Positions 51,360 through 64,000 of a DNA stretch of 64,000 bases are shown here, one piece after another. Within the stretch, counting starts at the first letter, position 1, and each line of letters begins with the position of its first letter. Source of the stretch: Octopus sinensis (taxonomy: Eukaryota); the NCBI RefSeq assembly GCF_006345805.1, contig NC_042998.1, forward strand, positions 156,798,001 to 156,862,000, read 5' to 3'. The notes beneath the pieces are model-generated. The model was not told the DNA's origin, did not search any database, and saw only the letters and a list, made by a program, of their open reading frames with translations. Both the position numbers and the translations under genes were made by a program.

Positions 51360-52630
51360 TAGCAGTATCGCCCGGCGTTGCTCGGGTTTGTAAGGGAAAT
51401 AACTATATAAGCATTTTTAGAGAGTTATAGCCAAAAAATAGCAAAAAAATGCATTAAAAATTGAAAAAAAATTAAGGTAAATTTTTCTTTAAATCGTTGA
51501 CACATCGTAGATATTTTTAGAGAGTTACTTCCCTTATATAAAAGCGAAAAAAATGCATTAAAATGGAAAAATATGATCGTAATTTTTTTTAAATCGTAGA
51601 CTCATCGTAGACGCGCGCTAATACCCTGAAGGGCTCGTTTGTTATTCTGGGTAACTTTCTGTAAAATTATTAAAATTTTGTTCAAACATCGCTATAGAAA
51701 ATGGGTTATTAGCTAATATTCAATGGGTATACAACAAAATTTTACGATAGAATTTGTTATTCTGGGTAACATTCTGTAAAATTATTAAAATTTTGTTCAA
51801 ACATCGCTATAGAAAATGGGTTATTAGCTAATATTCAATTGGGTATACAACAAAATTTTACGATAGAATTTGTTATTCTGGGTAACTTTCTGTAAAATTA
51901 TTAAAATTTTGTTCAAACATCGCTATAGAAAATGGGTTATTAGCTAATATTCAATTGGGTATACAACAAAATTTTACGATAGAATTTGTTATTCTGGGTA
52001 ACTTTCTGATACCCATAATAATATTTATGGTAAAATAGGCCTTAATTTCATTTAAGGTTGTGGGAAATAACAAACTATCGTTTCTTTCGTTTTGTTTACG
52101 TTTAGCGTAACAGTTCGTTTCTGCCGTAATGATTTCAAATGGGCTCATTCGAAAAAGTAAATAGAAATAGTGTAAGGCTTTACTCTTCTGGGAAAGTCTG
52201 TGGCTTGGTGCAGTTTCTTCAGAAAAATCACCGAAAGAAACAGTTTTTAAATTTTCACTCCATTCAGGTGCTAATTCGTGTTCTTAATCGCTGTCGGATT
52301 CACTGTTTTCACTTTAATAGCTGCCAACTTGCAAAGACAAAGGAGGAGAAAGGTGATAGCGTTAGTGAAACAATTCGCTCCCTTTGTGTGTGTGTGCGTT
52401 TGCGTGTGGTGTAAACCAGACTAAGAAAAGCGTTGACACACACACCAGAATGTGAGTTTTCTGTAAATTTTGCTTAATTGGAGTTTAAATTTTAAAAACT
52501 GGACCTGGCATGACGCGATGCATTGTACTCTTAAAATTGCTAGGTAAATTGTAATTGAAGAAATCCTATATTGTAGATTTCTATAACTCCCAAAGGGAGG
52601 CAGATAAAATCTGCCTTTTATAATAAGAGA
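51359..52630 (-). mobile_element. Non-autonomous Helitron carrying a 115/116-bp tandem array and a piggyBac-like fragment
   Basis: 5' A|TCTCTTATTATAAAAGGC at 52630 and 3' CCCGAGCAACGCCGGG..CTAG at 51359. Tandem units start at 51638, 51753, 51869 and 51985. Confidence 0.85.
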
Positions 52631-52790
52631 TATATTTATATTATTATATATATATATATATTATATATTATATATATATATTTATATATATATATATTAT
52701 TATATATATATATATATATATTTATATATTATATATATATATATATATATTATATATTATATATATTTATATATATATATATTTATATAT

Positions 52791-52902
<112 letters not shown>

Positions 52903-52904
52903 AT

Positions 52905-52944
<40 letters not shown>

Positions 52945-53477
52945 CTTTATAAAAATAGGGTAAAGTAAAATAATTTACTTTACCACATACCGAGCTTTTT
53001 AGAAATAGCAGCCAAAAATTTGGCTATTTCTTCTACTGCAAGAAAAGTCTCCCAGACAATGCATACTCAGAAATAACTCACATAGGTATAAGGGAAAAAC
53101 AACGAAAGATCTCATCCATATGAGATCACCCGAGGACAAGCCTGTTTCTGGATTAGTTGACTAAACGCCAACATTTCCTTCATCAGCTCAGAGATTTCTT
53201 CTGATTTGGATTTGAAAGTACTAAAAATCAAACATACCCGTCCGATATGGGTAACACCGGACAAACCATGCCAGACCACCAGTACCAGCGAATCCAAAAA
53301 TACAAATGAGATCTAGTATTCTCCCTGTCCACCCACGTGAGTCACAGAGTAGTGCATTCCTACAGAGGCAAAACTGTAGTTAAAATTTTTCAAATATACT
53401 GTAATTGGTCGTTTTACATACCGAACGCTGCTCGGTTGAATTAATTAATAATGAATTAATTCTACCCTTTTTTATTG

Positions 53478-53549
<72 letters not shown>

Positions 53550-53566
53550 AATATATATGTGCAAAT

Positions 53567-53599
<33 letters not shown>

Positions 53600-53693
53600 G
53601 TATATGTAAATATATATATGCATGCATATAAATATGTATATCTTTCAATACATATGTGTGCATACATGTATATATCATCATCATCATCTATCA

Positions 53694-53739
<46 letters not shown>

Positions 53740-53876
53740 AAATATACATACAAATGTATACATGCATATGTATGTATGTATGCATGCATGTATCTATCTA
53801 TCTATGCATGTATACATGCATATGTATGTATGTATGCATGCATGTATCTATCTATCTATCTATCTATCTCTCTCTC

Positions 53877-53907
<31 letters not shown>

Positions 53908-54114
53908 GTATGTATACATATATATATAATACATGTCTATATGTATGAATGTGTGTGTATGTATGTGTGTTTGTATCTATGTATCTACGTATATATTTGT
54001 GTATGTAATGTATGTATATACGTACCTAGGTATTTATGTATGTATAGATGTACATATATATGTACATACATACACATATACACACAATAATCTGTTTCTC
54101 CTTTCCTTTTTCAG

Positions 54115-54168
54115 ACACTAACAGTGAATGGTGTTACCTGCAAATTCTCATTTAAAAAATTACACTGA
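54115..54168 (+). CDS. iLBP gene A, exon 4 TLTVNGVTCKFSFKKLH*
   Basis: CTTTCCTTTTTCAG acceptor, phase 0. Matches the FABP last exon TLT.G.V.C.R.Y.K pattern. AATAAA at 54330-54335. Confidence 0.85.
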   Translation, partial: TLTVNGVTCKFSFKKLH

Positions 54169-54329
54169 TGTTGGAAAATTAATAAGAGATGGACATGTCC
54201 TAGTAAATTAACAAAAATACTTATTTCTTGTAATTATAATGAACTTCTATTTAGAAAGCAAAATATGATGTAGCTTCATTACTGACAAGTGTTCATATTA
54301 TATACATTTGAAACAAGGATCTTTAATGC

Positions 54330-54335
54330 AATAAA
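54330..54335 (+). terminator. Candidate poly(A) signal of gene A
   Basis: AATAAA about 160 nt after the stop codon. Confidence 0.45.
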
Positions 54336-54646
54336 GGTGCAAATTATTTTTGCGTGCAAATACAGTCTACTTAACCGACTACAGTTCTTGCCTGAAACTT
54401 ATTCTATGAAACCTGACTCCACAGGAAAGATAAAAGATAAAGTTAATTTGCCAGTGTTTTAACACTGCAATTTGGTGCCTGCTGTCCACTGCATTGGTGT
54501 CAACCAATGCAGTGACTTGTGAAATCTTTATTCAGAACCATTTGTAATGTTTTCTATATGACTGCAATACATGAATCGTAATTTCAAACTAGCCAAGAAT
54601 ATATTGATAATAACAGGCATGAAATTGAGCCTTTAAATTATAATAT

Positions 54647-54820
54647 TACGAGAGGGTACCCAAAAGAAACCGGAATTTCGGAATATTATTTTATTCACTT
54701 AGTTTTACATGTTTGCAATTTATCACCTTCAAAGTATTCTCCATTTGAAGCAATGCATCGGTCCAGACACGTTTCAACAGTTCAAGACAGTGCTAGAACT
54801 CTTGCAAAGTAATGTCTTTA
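54647..54820. mobile_element. Mariner-like terminal fragment
   Basis: TA|CGAGAGGGTACCCAAAAGAAACCGGAAT resembles mariner TIRs. The other end was not found. Confidence 0.45.
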
Positions 54821-55790
54821 ATTCGAAGCAAAAATGTGTTTTAAGAAAGGCATGAAAATTGATTTTGTTGTTTCAGGAAGTTACATAATTAATGATATAC
54901 CTTTATTTGAGCACGAAAAGGTAAATTGATTTTAAAAAGAATCGAAAAATTAACGCGATCATTCGCTTTAGAAAAATATAAGTGAAATCAGAATTCAACC
55001 ACCAAAACAACAAACCCAAAGTTCTTTCAAGAAGGAAATAAAAAAAGAAAGCAGGGAAATTAAGCAACAAAAGAAAGGGGAGGAGAGAGAGTAACAGTCT
55101 ATACTCCCCAGTCTGAACAGTGTGTTTAGCCCAATGACATAATAGCAAAGGCATTGCTGCAGAGAATGGCCAGCGACACTTGCTACAACAGTCACACAAC
55201 CTCACGGCTTCATTCCTCAGACAGACTGCTTTCACAGAGGAAATCAGCAGCGTGATATCTGAGAATAGCCAAGGTTCCAACGGAGACCATTACGAATGTC
55301 AACTCCAGTAATCAGTTATCTCCTCTACTCTGCATTTCAGGGTCGATAAATTAAGTACCAGTTGCATACTGGAATAGTTCTCTCATATTTGGGATTCCCA
55401 ACGATTAGTTGTAAACCTTTCCTTATATTTATTTTCTTTCTGACAGAACCATCTAGGGGATTTTTTTAGATAGTGGCAACATTATTTAATGTTTCCTTCC
55501 ATTTTTGAAGTTGTAGGATATGATTTGAGAGCAAGTTGGCCACCCTTTCTAACAGCTTGAGTGGCCAAGTAGAGAGGCTCACTTATTGCATACTTTTTAT
55601 CAGTGACATGTTTCAGTTCTTTCCCAAGTTTGACGAGTTATCAATAGTCTGTTACTCAACCTGCTCTGCTTCCTACCATATTGAAACGAAAATATAATTC
55701 TCAATTTTGTTTAGGAGATGAATATTAGTAAAGTTAAAGAAAAAAACACAAAGTAATTAAAAATAAATAATATAATAGTGATAATTTCTT

Positions 55791-55796
55791 TTTATT
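55791..55796 (-). terminator. Candidate poly(A) signal of gene B
   Basis: TTTATT on + (AATAAA on -), about 290 nt after the gene B stop codon. Confidence 0.35.
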
Positions 55797-56086
55797 TCTC
55801 ACAGAGAAGAGGTTATCCTATATTTTAACACAGCAGGAACTGGAGACAATGCCAGTGAATATAAACAGAGATAGTAATATGTAACATGCACTAAAATACG
55901 TTTATCCCTAGTTAGGTAATGTTAACATGTATAAAAAATATACAAAAACTGAAAATAAGTAATTAGACTGCAGACTAGATTGCTTGTTTATCGATCTGTT
56001 TAATTACAAAGTCTCTAATTCCCACCTTTAAAATACTGGATAACTGAGAAAAATACAGATATTGAAATATGGGAGCAGACAGAACT

Positions 56087-56137
56087 TTAAGCTCTTTTGA
56101 AGACAGAGATGGTCGATACTCCCTTGGTGGTGCAAGT
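56087..56137 (-). CDS. iLBP gene B, exon 4 TCTTKGVSTISVFKRA*
   Basis: TTCATTCTCTTTGCAG acceptor, phase 0, ending TAA. Aligns without gaps to gene A exon 4 (T.T..GV.....FK). Confidence 0.8.
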   Translation of the reverse strand, partial: TCTTKGVSTISVFKRA

Positions 56138-56369
56138 CTGCAAAGAGAATGAAGCAAATATCAATAAGATACACATCCAATTATTCAAAACTTAACGAAG
56201 ATTAATGTGGGATGAAAGGTATGTACACGAGGGTGTATAATTTTATAAGATTGCAGGGTGAACCAAGAGTATAAAATTTAAAGAGCAGAATGAAGCCTCA
56301 CTCCTGAGATTTGTTTGTTTGTGTGTGTGAGTGTATCTATGTGAGTGTGTGTGTATGTGAGCATTTAGT

Positions 56370-56401
<32 letters not shown>

Positions 56402-56459
56402 TACATTATAGTTAGGACTGACAAGAAAAATGTACTTCATCCAGTGAGAGATAAATTTT

Positions 56460-56660
56460 AGCTGGCAGAATCGTCAGAGTACACTGGACAAAATGCTTAG
56501 TAGCATTTCATCTGTTTTTAAACTCCAACTTCAAATTCTGCTGAAGTCAACTTTACCTTTCTTTCTTTTGAGGTTAATAAAATAAGAACCACTGGGGACA
56601 ATATTATTGATTTAACTCCTCTCACGAAATTACTGGCTGTGTGCCAAAATTTGAAACCAA
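56460..56660 (+). mobile_element. tRNA-type SINE, degraded
   Basis: AGCTGGCAGAATCG..AAAATGCTTAG..CTTCAAATTCTGCTG..AAATTTGAAACCAA. Confidence 0.65.
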
Positions 56661-57660
56661 CATACACAGAATATATAAAAAAAAAAGAGACAATAATTTG
56701 GTAGATTTCTATAGCATGCCATGAGCCACCAAGCAATCTGTCAAGCTTAGTTGATACTGTTAGTCCTATTTGAAAACCAAGACGTTGGTCTATGAGAAAA
56801 CTTGAGAGGAAAAATGAAAGGAAGGTTTTACTTTTTTTCTTCGTTCCACATGTTGCACACATGCACATTCACACACACACACAAACACACACACACACAC
56901 ACACGCACACACACACATGTATATGTTCAACTTTGAATGCACTGCTTCATATTGCAGAAACAACTTAAGTTAATGATGGTGGTTGTGGACTTCTTTTTCT
57001 TTGTCATTCATTCATACATATATAAAGAATAAGGGAGATGAATTAGTTCACAGAAAATAATTTTTATGCTTAAGGAAAATTTGATATTTATTGGCAGGAA
57101 TAGCGAAAATCTAAAGACATGCTTCGGTGCTATTAGACATCATCAGCAAAACGTGGTAATTTTGAACCTTCAAGATAAGTGAAAAACAATTTTTTACAAA
57201 TAGGAGCATAGTTCTATCACATCACATTTCCTATTTCTTTAAGACATATTTGCATGTGTGAACAGTACAGTACTGAAATATAAGCCATACTTTAACTCAT
57301 ATTCTTTGTGATATATTTGTTGCCAAGATAACATTGTCGATTAGTGTAAAACCTAGCTTTTGTAGTGGAAATATCTTACGAAATTTTCTGAAATCCCTCT
57401 TATATTCTCTATTCAAAATCACCAAGGGTGGTTAGACTCAATTCCTCCAAGTTAGAAAAGATAAATAGTAGCTAATTAATGAGTTTGATTCATATAGTCC
57501 TGTGGTTTGCTAGGACGACACTGTTGTACTTTGTATGTTTAAGCGGAAATAGCATGGATCAAAAGCAGCAGTGGTTATATAAGTGCAGAGAGGGGGGGGG
57601 GATTTTTTCAATGTAACATTATACATGTTATCTTGCATATCAGACAACTTTTTCTTAAAA

Positions 57661-57836
57661 TCTACGTTGAAAGCACCGGTTCTCGTCCGATCACCGAAGT
57701 TAAGCAACATCAAGCCTAGTTAGTACTTAGGTGGGTGACCGCTTGGGAAACCTAGGTTCTGTAAACATTCTCACGGTGGTGCCCCAGCATGGCCGTGGCC
57801 TTCGGGCTAAAACATTTTTAAGGATTTTAAGGATTT
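57661..57836 (+). mobile_element. 5S rRNA-headed SINE (SINE3) candidate or 5S pseudogene with SINE tail
   Basis: 57661-57767 is 5S rRNA lacking about 12 nt at the 5' end (GTTGAAAGCACCGGTTCTCGTCCGATCACCGAAGTTAAGC..TTAGTACTT..GGGTGACCGC.TGGGAA). It is followed by GGTGGTGCCCCAGCATGGCC..AAAAC and (TTTTAAGGA)2. Confidence 0.75.
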
Positions 57837-57894
57837 ATACAATGTTAGGGAAACTGTTTGCATTCAAGTGACTATGTGAGTTACTGCAGTCCAG

Positions 57895-58240
57895 CTTACT
57901 GCAGATTGTAATATTTCCACTTGTCAATGATTTGCTCATCTGGTATTCCAGACAGAAATTTGTCCAGCTGCCTTTTCAATGTTTCCACATATACACTTTG
58001 CAGATCTCTTAGGTTCCTTGGTAGAGTGTTAAACAGTTGTGGTCCCCTGAAACCCAAGCTGTTGCAATACATGGTCCTCATCTGAGATGAAGAAGACGGT
58101 ATCTTTGGCAGTATGCAGTGCCGACCAGTTTGGTGGTTGGTATAGTTTTTAATCCCAAAGTTGGGTGCCAACCTTCTGTATATCACTGCATACATTTCTC
58201 GCCTTCTCTCCAGGGAGTAGAGCTTCAATTCTTGTAACTT
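57895..58240 (-). mobile_element. CR1 3' coding fragment
   Basis: LQELKLYSLERRRE..RGPQLFNTLP..LKRQLDKFLSGIPDEQ. Confidence 0.8.
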
Positions 58241-58716
58241 CTCCCAACATATACACATTAAACACACACACACACACACACACATACCACTGGACTTAAT
58301 TACTCGGAGACGCCATCTATATGATAATTGAAGATTAACCAATGACGAAAATAGTTTTAATCATTTCAGTTACTGCAAAGTGATTAAAATATTGTTAGTT
58401 ATTGAGTTAATGTTTTCCTTTTCACATTGCATGGGTACCTCTAATGTTTCCTTTCTTATTGCCATTAAATATGTTAGTCACTACTTAGTTGTTAAAAGGA
58501 GCTAGGTGTGGAAACAACTTCAACATTGTATAATAATAATTCTTTGACTGACTTTGCAGTGCTAGATTTATATGTTGGATTGTGAGAGACCGATTCAGTT
58601 ATTCTAGATACATGACATCTATACGAAGACACTTTTACTCATTTGTATGCAGAACATGGATTGTTAAAAATATAACACGAACAAATGTGAAGAAAAATAT
58701 ATGGAAATATAGTTAC

Positions 58717-58824
58717 CAGAGTAATAGTGTCACCAGATAAAACAGACTCTGTTTCAATGGTAGATTCAGCCCATTCTGTACATGTTTGCTTCATCTTATT
58801 CGGACCGTCCATAGTCACAACATT
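58717..58824 (-). CDS. iLBP gene B, exon 3 NVVTMDGPNKMKQTCTEWAESTIETESVLSGDTITL
   Basis: TTGCAG acceptor and CTG|GTAACT donor. 108 nt, the same as gene A exon 3. Shares NKMK, TEW and SGD at the same positions. Confidence 0.85.
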
Positions 58825-59768
58825 CTGCAATTTGCAAGAGAAGTTAATAGTTTGAAAACAGTGAGCAACGACGGTAATATCATTTGGGTATTGTGTAATA
58901 ACAGCAGTAACAAAGGCAAACTACCAAAGGAGCTTATGTGGTCATTCGACTTGGTAGAAATAGCAGCCAAACTTCCCTAAAATTGTACTATATAGTCTTA
59001 AAAAATAATAATGTATTCCCTAAAATAGAACGGTCATGGTTGGAATGCATTTTATTGTAGGTCTACAGGACTTACCTGGGGCTCAATAACAATGACAACT
59101 ATATCTAAAACAACAATAGGAGATACAAGTTCATAAATGCTATCATCACCAGTTGTTCACATCCAGCAGAATGAATGAAACAATTAGGACGCTTCTATGC
59201 AGTCTTTCGAGAAATAACAGCCGAAAGTCTCTCAAAACACACGCTACTCACTTTAAGGTAGAAAGAATACAAGCAATAATGAAGATCTAGATAAAAAGCA
59301 AAAGTAAAACAATTCGAAAAAAATTTTTAAAAAAAACAGGATAATCATGGCTAAAAGCTTCTTTGTTCTTCGGTCTGAAAGATGAAGATTGTCATACAAT
59401 TAAACAAAATGACCTAGTAAAATGACGGATAGAAATATTCCCAATGACCTTTTACCTACTGAAGTCATATGAAAGCCCAAACAAGTGGAAATCTGCTTTT
59501 TAATTACACACACTAATGATTTCTGACTATTGTAAACTTCAGAGGTAGGAATCTTTTGTTATTCTTGATATTTGCAAAGATTTCGACAAGAAAGTTTTTA
59601 CAAAATTGCTCACAGATGGGTTCAGCCAAGTCCTGCTGGATCATCATAGCAGCTGAAGGAAGTTCTCTCTGACCAACAAACATTCTGGCATATTCCAGGG
59701 TTTGGTTTATACATACATACATACATACATACATTCATGTGTGTGTATGTGTGTGAGTATGTATGTAT

Positions 59769-61710
59769 GTTAGTTAGTTAGTTAGTTAGTTAGTTAATTT
59801 GGCTCAAAAGCAAATAGCAAGGCCATTTAGGGGGACATGGAGTTAAGTACAGGGTGGTGATCATGTAAAGAGTTCAGGCCACTTGAGGTCGAGGGAGGCT
59901 TTGAACAAAGCGGTCATCGGCATCTTCACCATCTCGTCTGGCAGCTTGTTCCACGGATCCGCAACCCGGACGGAGAAAGCTCCTCTCCTTCGATTGAGAT
60001 GAAATCGTCGCAAGTAGAGCCTTTCGGAATGACCCCGCAGCCGATGCTCTGGAGCAGGAGTGAAGAACAGCTCTTTCGAGAGGTTACACTTTCCGCTTAT
60101 GATGTTGTGGGCGAGAATGAGATCACCACGGCGGCGGCGTTTTTCAAGAGAATAATGGTCGGGCGTCCTCAGCCTTTCTTTGTAGGACAAATTTTTGAGA
60201 CCATGAACCATGCGGGTAGCCAGCTTCTGGACTCTTTCGAGATGCTGTATGTCTTTGAGGAGATAAGGAGAAGAGGCTTGAATCCCATACTCCAATATGG
60301 GTCTCACCAGCGTGACATAGAGTGGTAGGAATATGGCTGCTGTGAGCATTCCGAATGACCGTCGAATCAAGAACAGAATTCCGCGTGCTTTGTTGGCAGC
60401 ATGGACGCACTGGGCCGAAGGTGAAAAGGAGGAATCCACCAAGATACCTAGGTCGTTTACCTGATCGGTCCTCTCCAGCAGCAGACGACCCGGCTCGAAA
60501 TCAAGTTGAGTTGCAGGAGTAGAGCCAACAGGCAGATGACAGCACTTTGACACGTTCAGACACAGGTCCCAATTGTTAGACCACTTCCAAATTTGGTGGA
60601 GGCATCGACGAAGATCCTCTATATTACCGCGAGGAGCGACCAGTTTGATATCGTCGGCAAATAGAAGGGTGTGTTGCGTGAGGTCGTCGGGCAAGTCATT
60701 TATGAAGACTAAGAACAACAAGGGCCCAAGCACTGAACCTTGAGGCACGCCACTGCTCGCACTGGAGACGTCGGACCGCGAACCATTAACTTGGACTTGG
60801 AACGAGCGATCTGAGAGGAAGGCACCAACCCATCGTACAATATTCGGATGGAAACTATATGCTTGAAGCTTGACAAGCAATAGGCGGTGGTTTACCGAGT
60901 CAAAAGCTTTGGCAAAGTCCAGTAAAATGATGTCAACAGCATCACTATCATCGAGGATGCGCGTCACCAATTCTTCCATTACTAGTAGGTTGGTCAAGCA
61001 TGATCTCTTTGGCACAAAGCCGTGTTGGGAATCAGAGATAGAGGCTGTGTTTAGGAGGTGGAGCATCATACTTTTCTTAAGGATGGTTTCGAACATCTTG
61101 CTGATAATTGATGTAAGGGAAACCGGTCGGTAGTTAAGCGGGTCTTCGCGGCTCCCTTTCTTGAAAATTGGGCAGATTATCGCTGTTCTCCAGTCTGCAG
61201 GTATAACACCCGTCGCCAATGACATATTGAATAGTCGTGTTAAGGGCTCGCAGATGACTGGAGCCAACGCTTTGATAACCCGTGGGTGTATGCCGTCAGG
61301 GCCGTGACCTTTGTTGACATCGAGGCCTTGAATAACACGTTTGACTTCGTCCCGCGTGATGACCAATCGAAGCATTGGAGGTACCGACCATCATCTTGTT
61401 TGAAAATAGTTGAAAAAGCCTCGGCAAATAATTGACTCTGTTGATAAGGGTCCTCAATCGATACGCCTGTTGAGTCTACCAACGTTGCAATCTGGTTGTT
61501 CAAGCGGGAATTCCGCTGGACATGGGCAAAGAAGGTTTTTGGATTGCTACTGGCATTTGCCGCGATTTGTATTCGTAACTGAAGCGTTCTTTCTTTTTAA
61601 TTTTCACGGCTCGGTCTCGTTGAGTCTTGTACACCTCAAAAGCTGCAGTCGAATCCAGATTTTTGAATTCAGCCCAAGCAATATCTCTGAGTCGACGTTC
61701 TCGTTTAAAA
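59769..61710 (-). mobile_element. Young 5'-truncated CR1 LINE with uninterrupted 504-aa RT ORF (59861-61375) and (TAAC)n tail
   Basis: GPDGIHP, NYRPVSLTS, LDFAKAFDSV, GVPQGSVLGPLLF, LFADDIKL and YSLEKRRRRGDLI motifs. Upstream NPKTFF linker. (TATG)n on both sides. Confidence 0.9.
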
Positions 61711-62606
61711 TTATGTATGTATGTATGTATGTATGTATGTCACTTTTTTGTCTGTTTGTTAACAACCTATTACATGTAAGTCTGAAACAGTATTTACACA
61801 GCACCTAGTGTCAATTTTCATACATCTGAGTCGATAAAATAAATTGCAGCCAGGTACTGAGCGCTTTCAAAATCGATTATATTCCCACTTCAAATGTGTG
61901 GCCATGTGTCTATGTTTAAAAAGACATCATTAGATTGGCTGCTGTAAGTTAATGCATAAACATCTCAATATTACATTCCTTTTTACATACAACAATTTGC
62001 ATGACTAATCAAGTACATTGTTGTACACCAGCATTAATAATCCTCTCACCCCTAATCACGTCCAATCTTGGATTACTAAGACTGAGATCTGTCCAGTATT
62101 ATCACCTATACGTGCCGAAATTATTAAAATAATATTTAGCTAATAATTATTTTAAATTAACTATTTGGTGCTTACTGCATTAAATATACTTATGATACTT
62201 TTACTATTGTTTTTAATGAGGACGATATTTCCAAGTAATTAACCTCAGTAAATTTAGTTAAAATAAGACATTTATGTAGAGTCATAAATAAACTTTCAGA
62301 AACCAAAAGCCATGATTTAGTCGAGACAGTTGACCACACGACGCAAGAGCATTTGAAACCAACGCTGCCGACACAGGGAACAAGTGTTACTTTTGCCTGA
62401 ACCTTCAGCGACAGATTGCTCCTACTTTCTACTCAGTGAACTGAGTCATTCAAAGTTAAGCGATTTGATTACAGATCCAGTGCAGTTCAGTAACAATTAT
62501 CTCGATTGTTTTTTTATCTATTATTATGTCCTCATAATCATCCATGCCGTCAGACGTTTTTTTTTTCAAATTGTAATCGTTATTTGAAAATGGAAAGTTG
62601 TCTTAC

Positions 62607-62779
62607 CGTGAACTTGCGGCCTAATAAATCTGTAGACTGATAAGGGACACCAATTTGAAGAACACTGGTCTTCGAATGGCTACCGGATGTGGTTATGATT
62701 TTCCAAGAGTCGCCATCTTTTACATACTCAACTGTAATGCGAGCAGCTTTTAATTTCGCTCTGGCTTCTTCTGGAAGAC
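62607..62779 (-). CDS. iLBP gene B, exon 2 (G)LPEEARAKLKAARITVEYVKDGDSWKIITTSGSHSKTSVLQIGVPYQSTDLLGRKFT
   Basis: AATAG acceptor and ACG|GTAAGA donor. 173 nt (the canonical FABP exon-2 length), phase 1 to 0. DGD.W.I, IG and DLLGRKF motifs. Confidence 0.85.
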
Positions 62780-64000
62780 CTATTCATATTATAAAAAAAA
62801 ATAATAGAAATATAATGGGAAATATTGGATGAAGTAGGTGAGAAATAGAAACAGAGGTAGATTTTGAGAGAAAAGACGATAAAGAAAAAAGAGAAAAGAA
62901 CCAGGGTTATGTAAAAAAAGACTTCCACATATTGATTATTATTGACCTTTGTAGACTTTATTTAACAAATCCTTTCCCAATCTAAATAGTCCACTGAATG
63001 GGTATTTAACTACTCTTTCTGGAATAGATGAGAAGTTTATATTACACAAAATATTGCATGAAATTCTTTTCCTCAGAAAGTATTGCTGTCTGTTCTTTAT
63101 TCTTAACAAGCAATGTAGAATTAAGAATCATAACTAGAGATACAAAATGATTAGTAAATAATTAAGGTCTCCAATGGGTGTCATCTAAAGATGTTGGTTG
63201 TCTGATTCTGCCATCTAATGGCAGCTATGAAAGAAAAAAAAACTTAATAAACTAGACTGTACCTCAGTTTACCCACTTTCTGTAACATGTTAAATATTGC
63301 ATGTCCCTTTTTTGCATCTATCATTTTATTTTTGACCTATAAAAATGAAAATATATCCTTTGTTTTGCTGCTTTTCTTTACACGAAAACTGTTATTTTAA
63401 TGAGTTGTATCTATCACCCAAAGAGACACACTGTACCGTCAGATGCTCCTGAACCAGTTGTTAAGTATTTCACCCGTGAGGGATTAATGCCAGATGTGTT
63501 GAAACAATTGTTGTGTTTAATAAAAATTCTCTTATCTTCCATCTGTTAATAAAAGCCAGGGTGCATTGCCTTCCGTTACTTAATCAGGGGAAAAAATGTA
63601 TAAGAAATACACAAACGAAAGTAAAAAGCGTACAATATATACTGAGTGCACAAACGGACAGAAGACAAGATAGAGAAGGTCCTTAGTTCTTCATCAGTTA
63701 TTAACCAAATGGTATCATTAATGATAAAACTGAGATGCTTCCTATGCTGGCGGTGCCTGCGAAAGTTGTGGAGAATACAGAGCCAAGAGCAATAAGAGAT
63801 ACTAAGATAATAAGAGATACAGAAGTGGACATACGAGAGTGAATAAATGTAATTTAAAGTGATGGACAAAGGACAAAGACGAAAAAAAAAAAAGAAACGA
63901 ACAGAATACAGCCTCAGGGCTAAAAGTACACAAATGGTGGGTAACGCTTAAAGGGCAATCCTAAAGGATTAAGGCAACAAAAAAGCAAGACGTGTACCAG

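Noticed and set aside
51638-52008. CRISPR-like array
   Set aside because: The units are contiguous and near-identical with no unique spacers, in a eukaryotic context. No CRISPR was found anywhere in the window.
62780-64000. Exon 1 of gene B
   Set aside because: No minus-strand ATG..G(K/T)W..G|GT exon was found; the near-match MLQKVGKL at about 63290 lacks Trp and a suitable donor. It probably lies beyond the window.

Overview
AT-rich, microsatellite- and transposon-dense eukaryotic DNA. The SINE types, (TACA)n/(TA)n load and 5S-like sequence suggest a coleoid cephalopod (Octopus-like); that is an inference. The host content, largely missed by the ORF track, is two convergent (tail-to-tail) divergent genes of the intracellular lipid-binding protein (FABP/iLBP) family with the canonical 4-exon, phase 1-0-0 structure. 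Gene A (+) has exons 9762-9837, 39984-40159, 45030-45137 and 54115-54168 and encodes 137 aa. Gene B (-) has exons 62607-62779, 58717-58824 and 56087-56137; its exon 1 was not found in the window. Both lack the Arg-x-Tyr carboxylate clamp of typical FABPs. The rest is mobile DNA: Helitrons, Tx1/L1-like, HERO-like and R4-like RLE LINEs, CR1, RTE, Penelope remnants with hammerhead-ribozyme folds, solo LTRs, Tc1/mariner, tRNA-type SINEs, a 5S-headed SINE3 candidate and a zero-spacer 916-bp palindromic element. All alignments and folds were done by eye; no database search was run.
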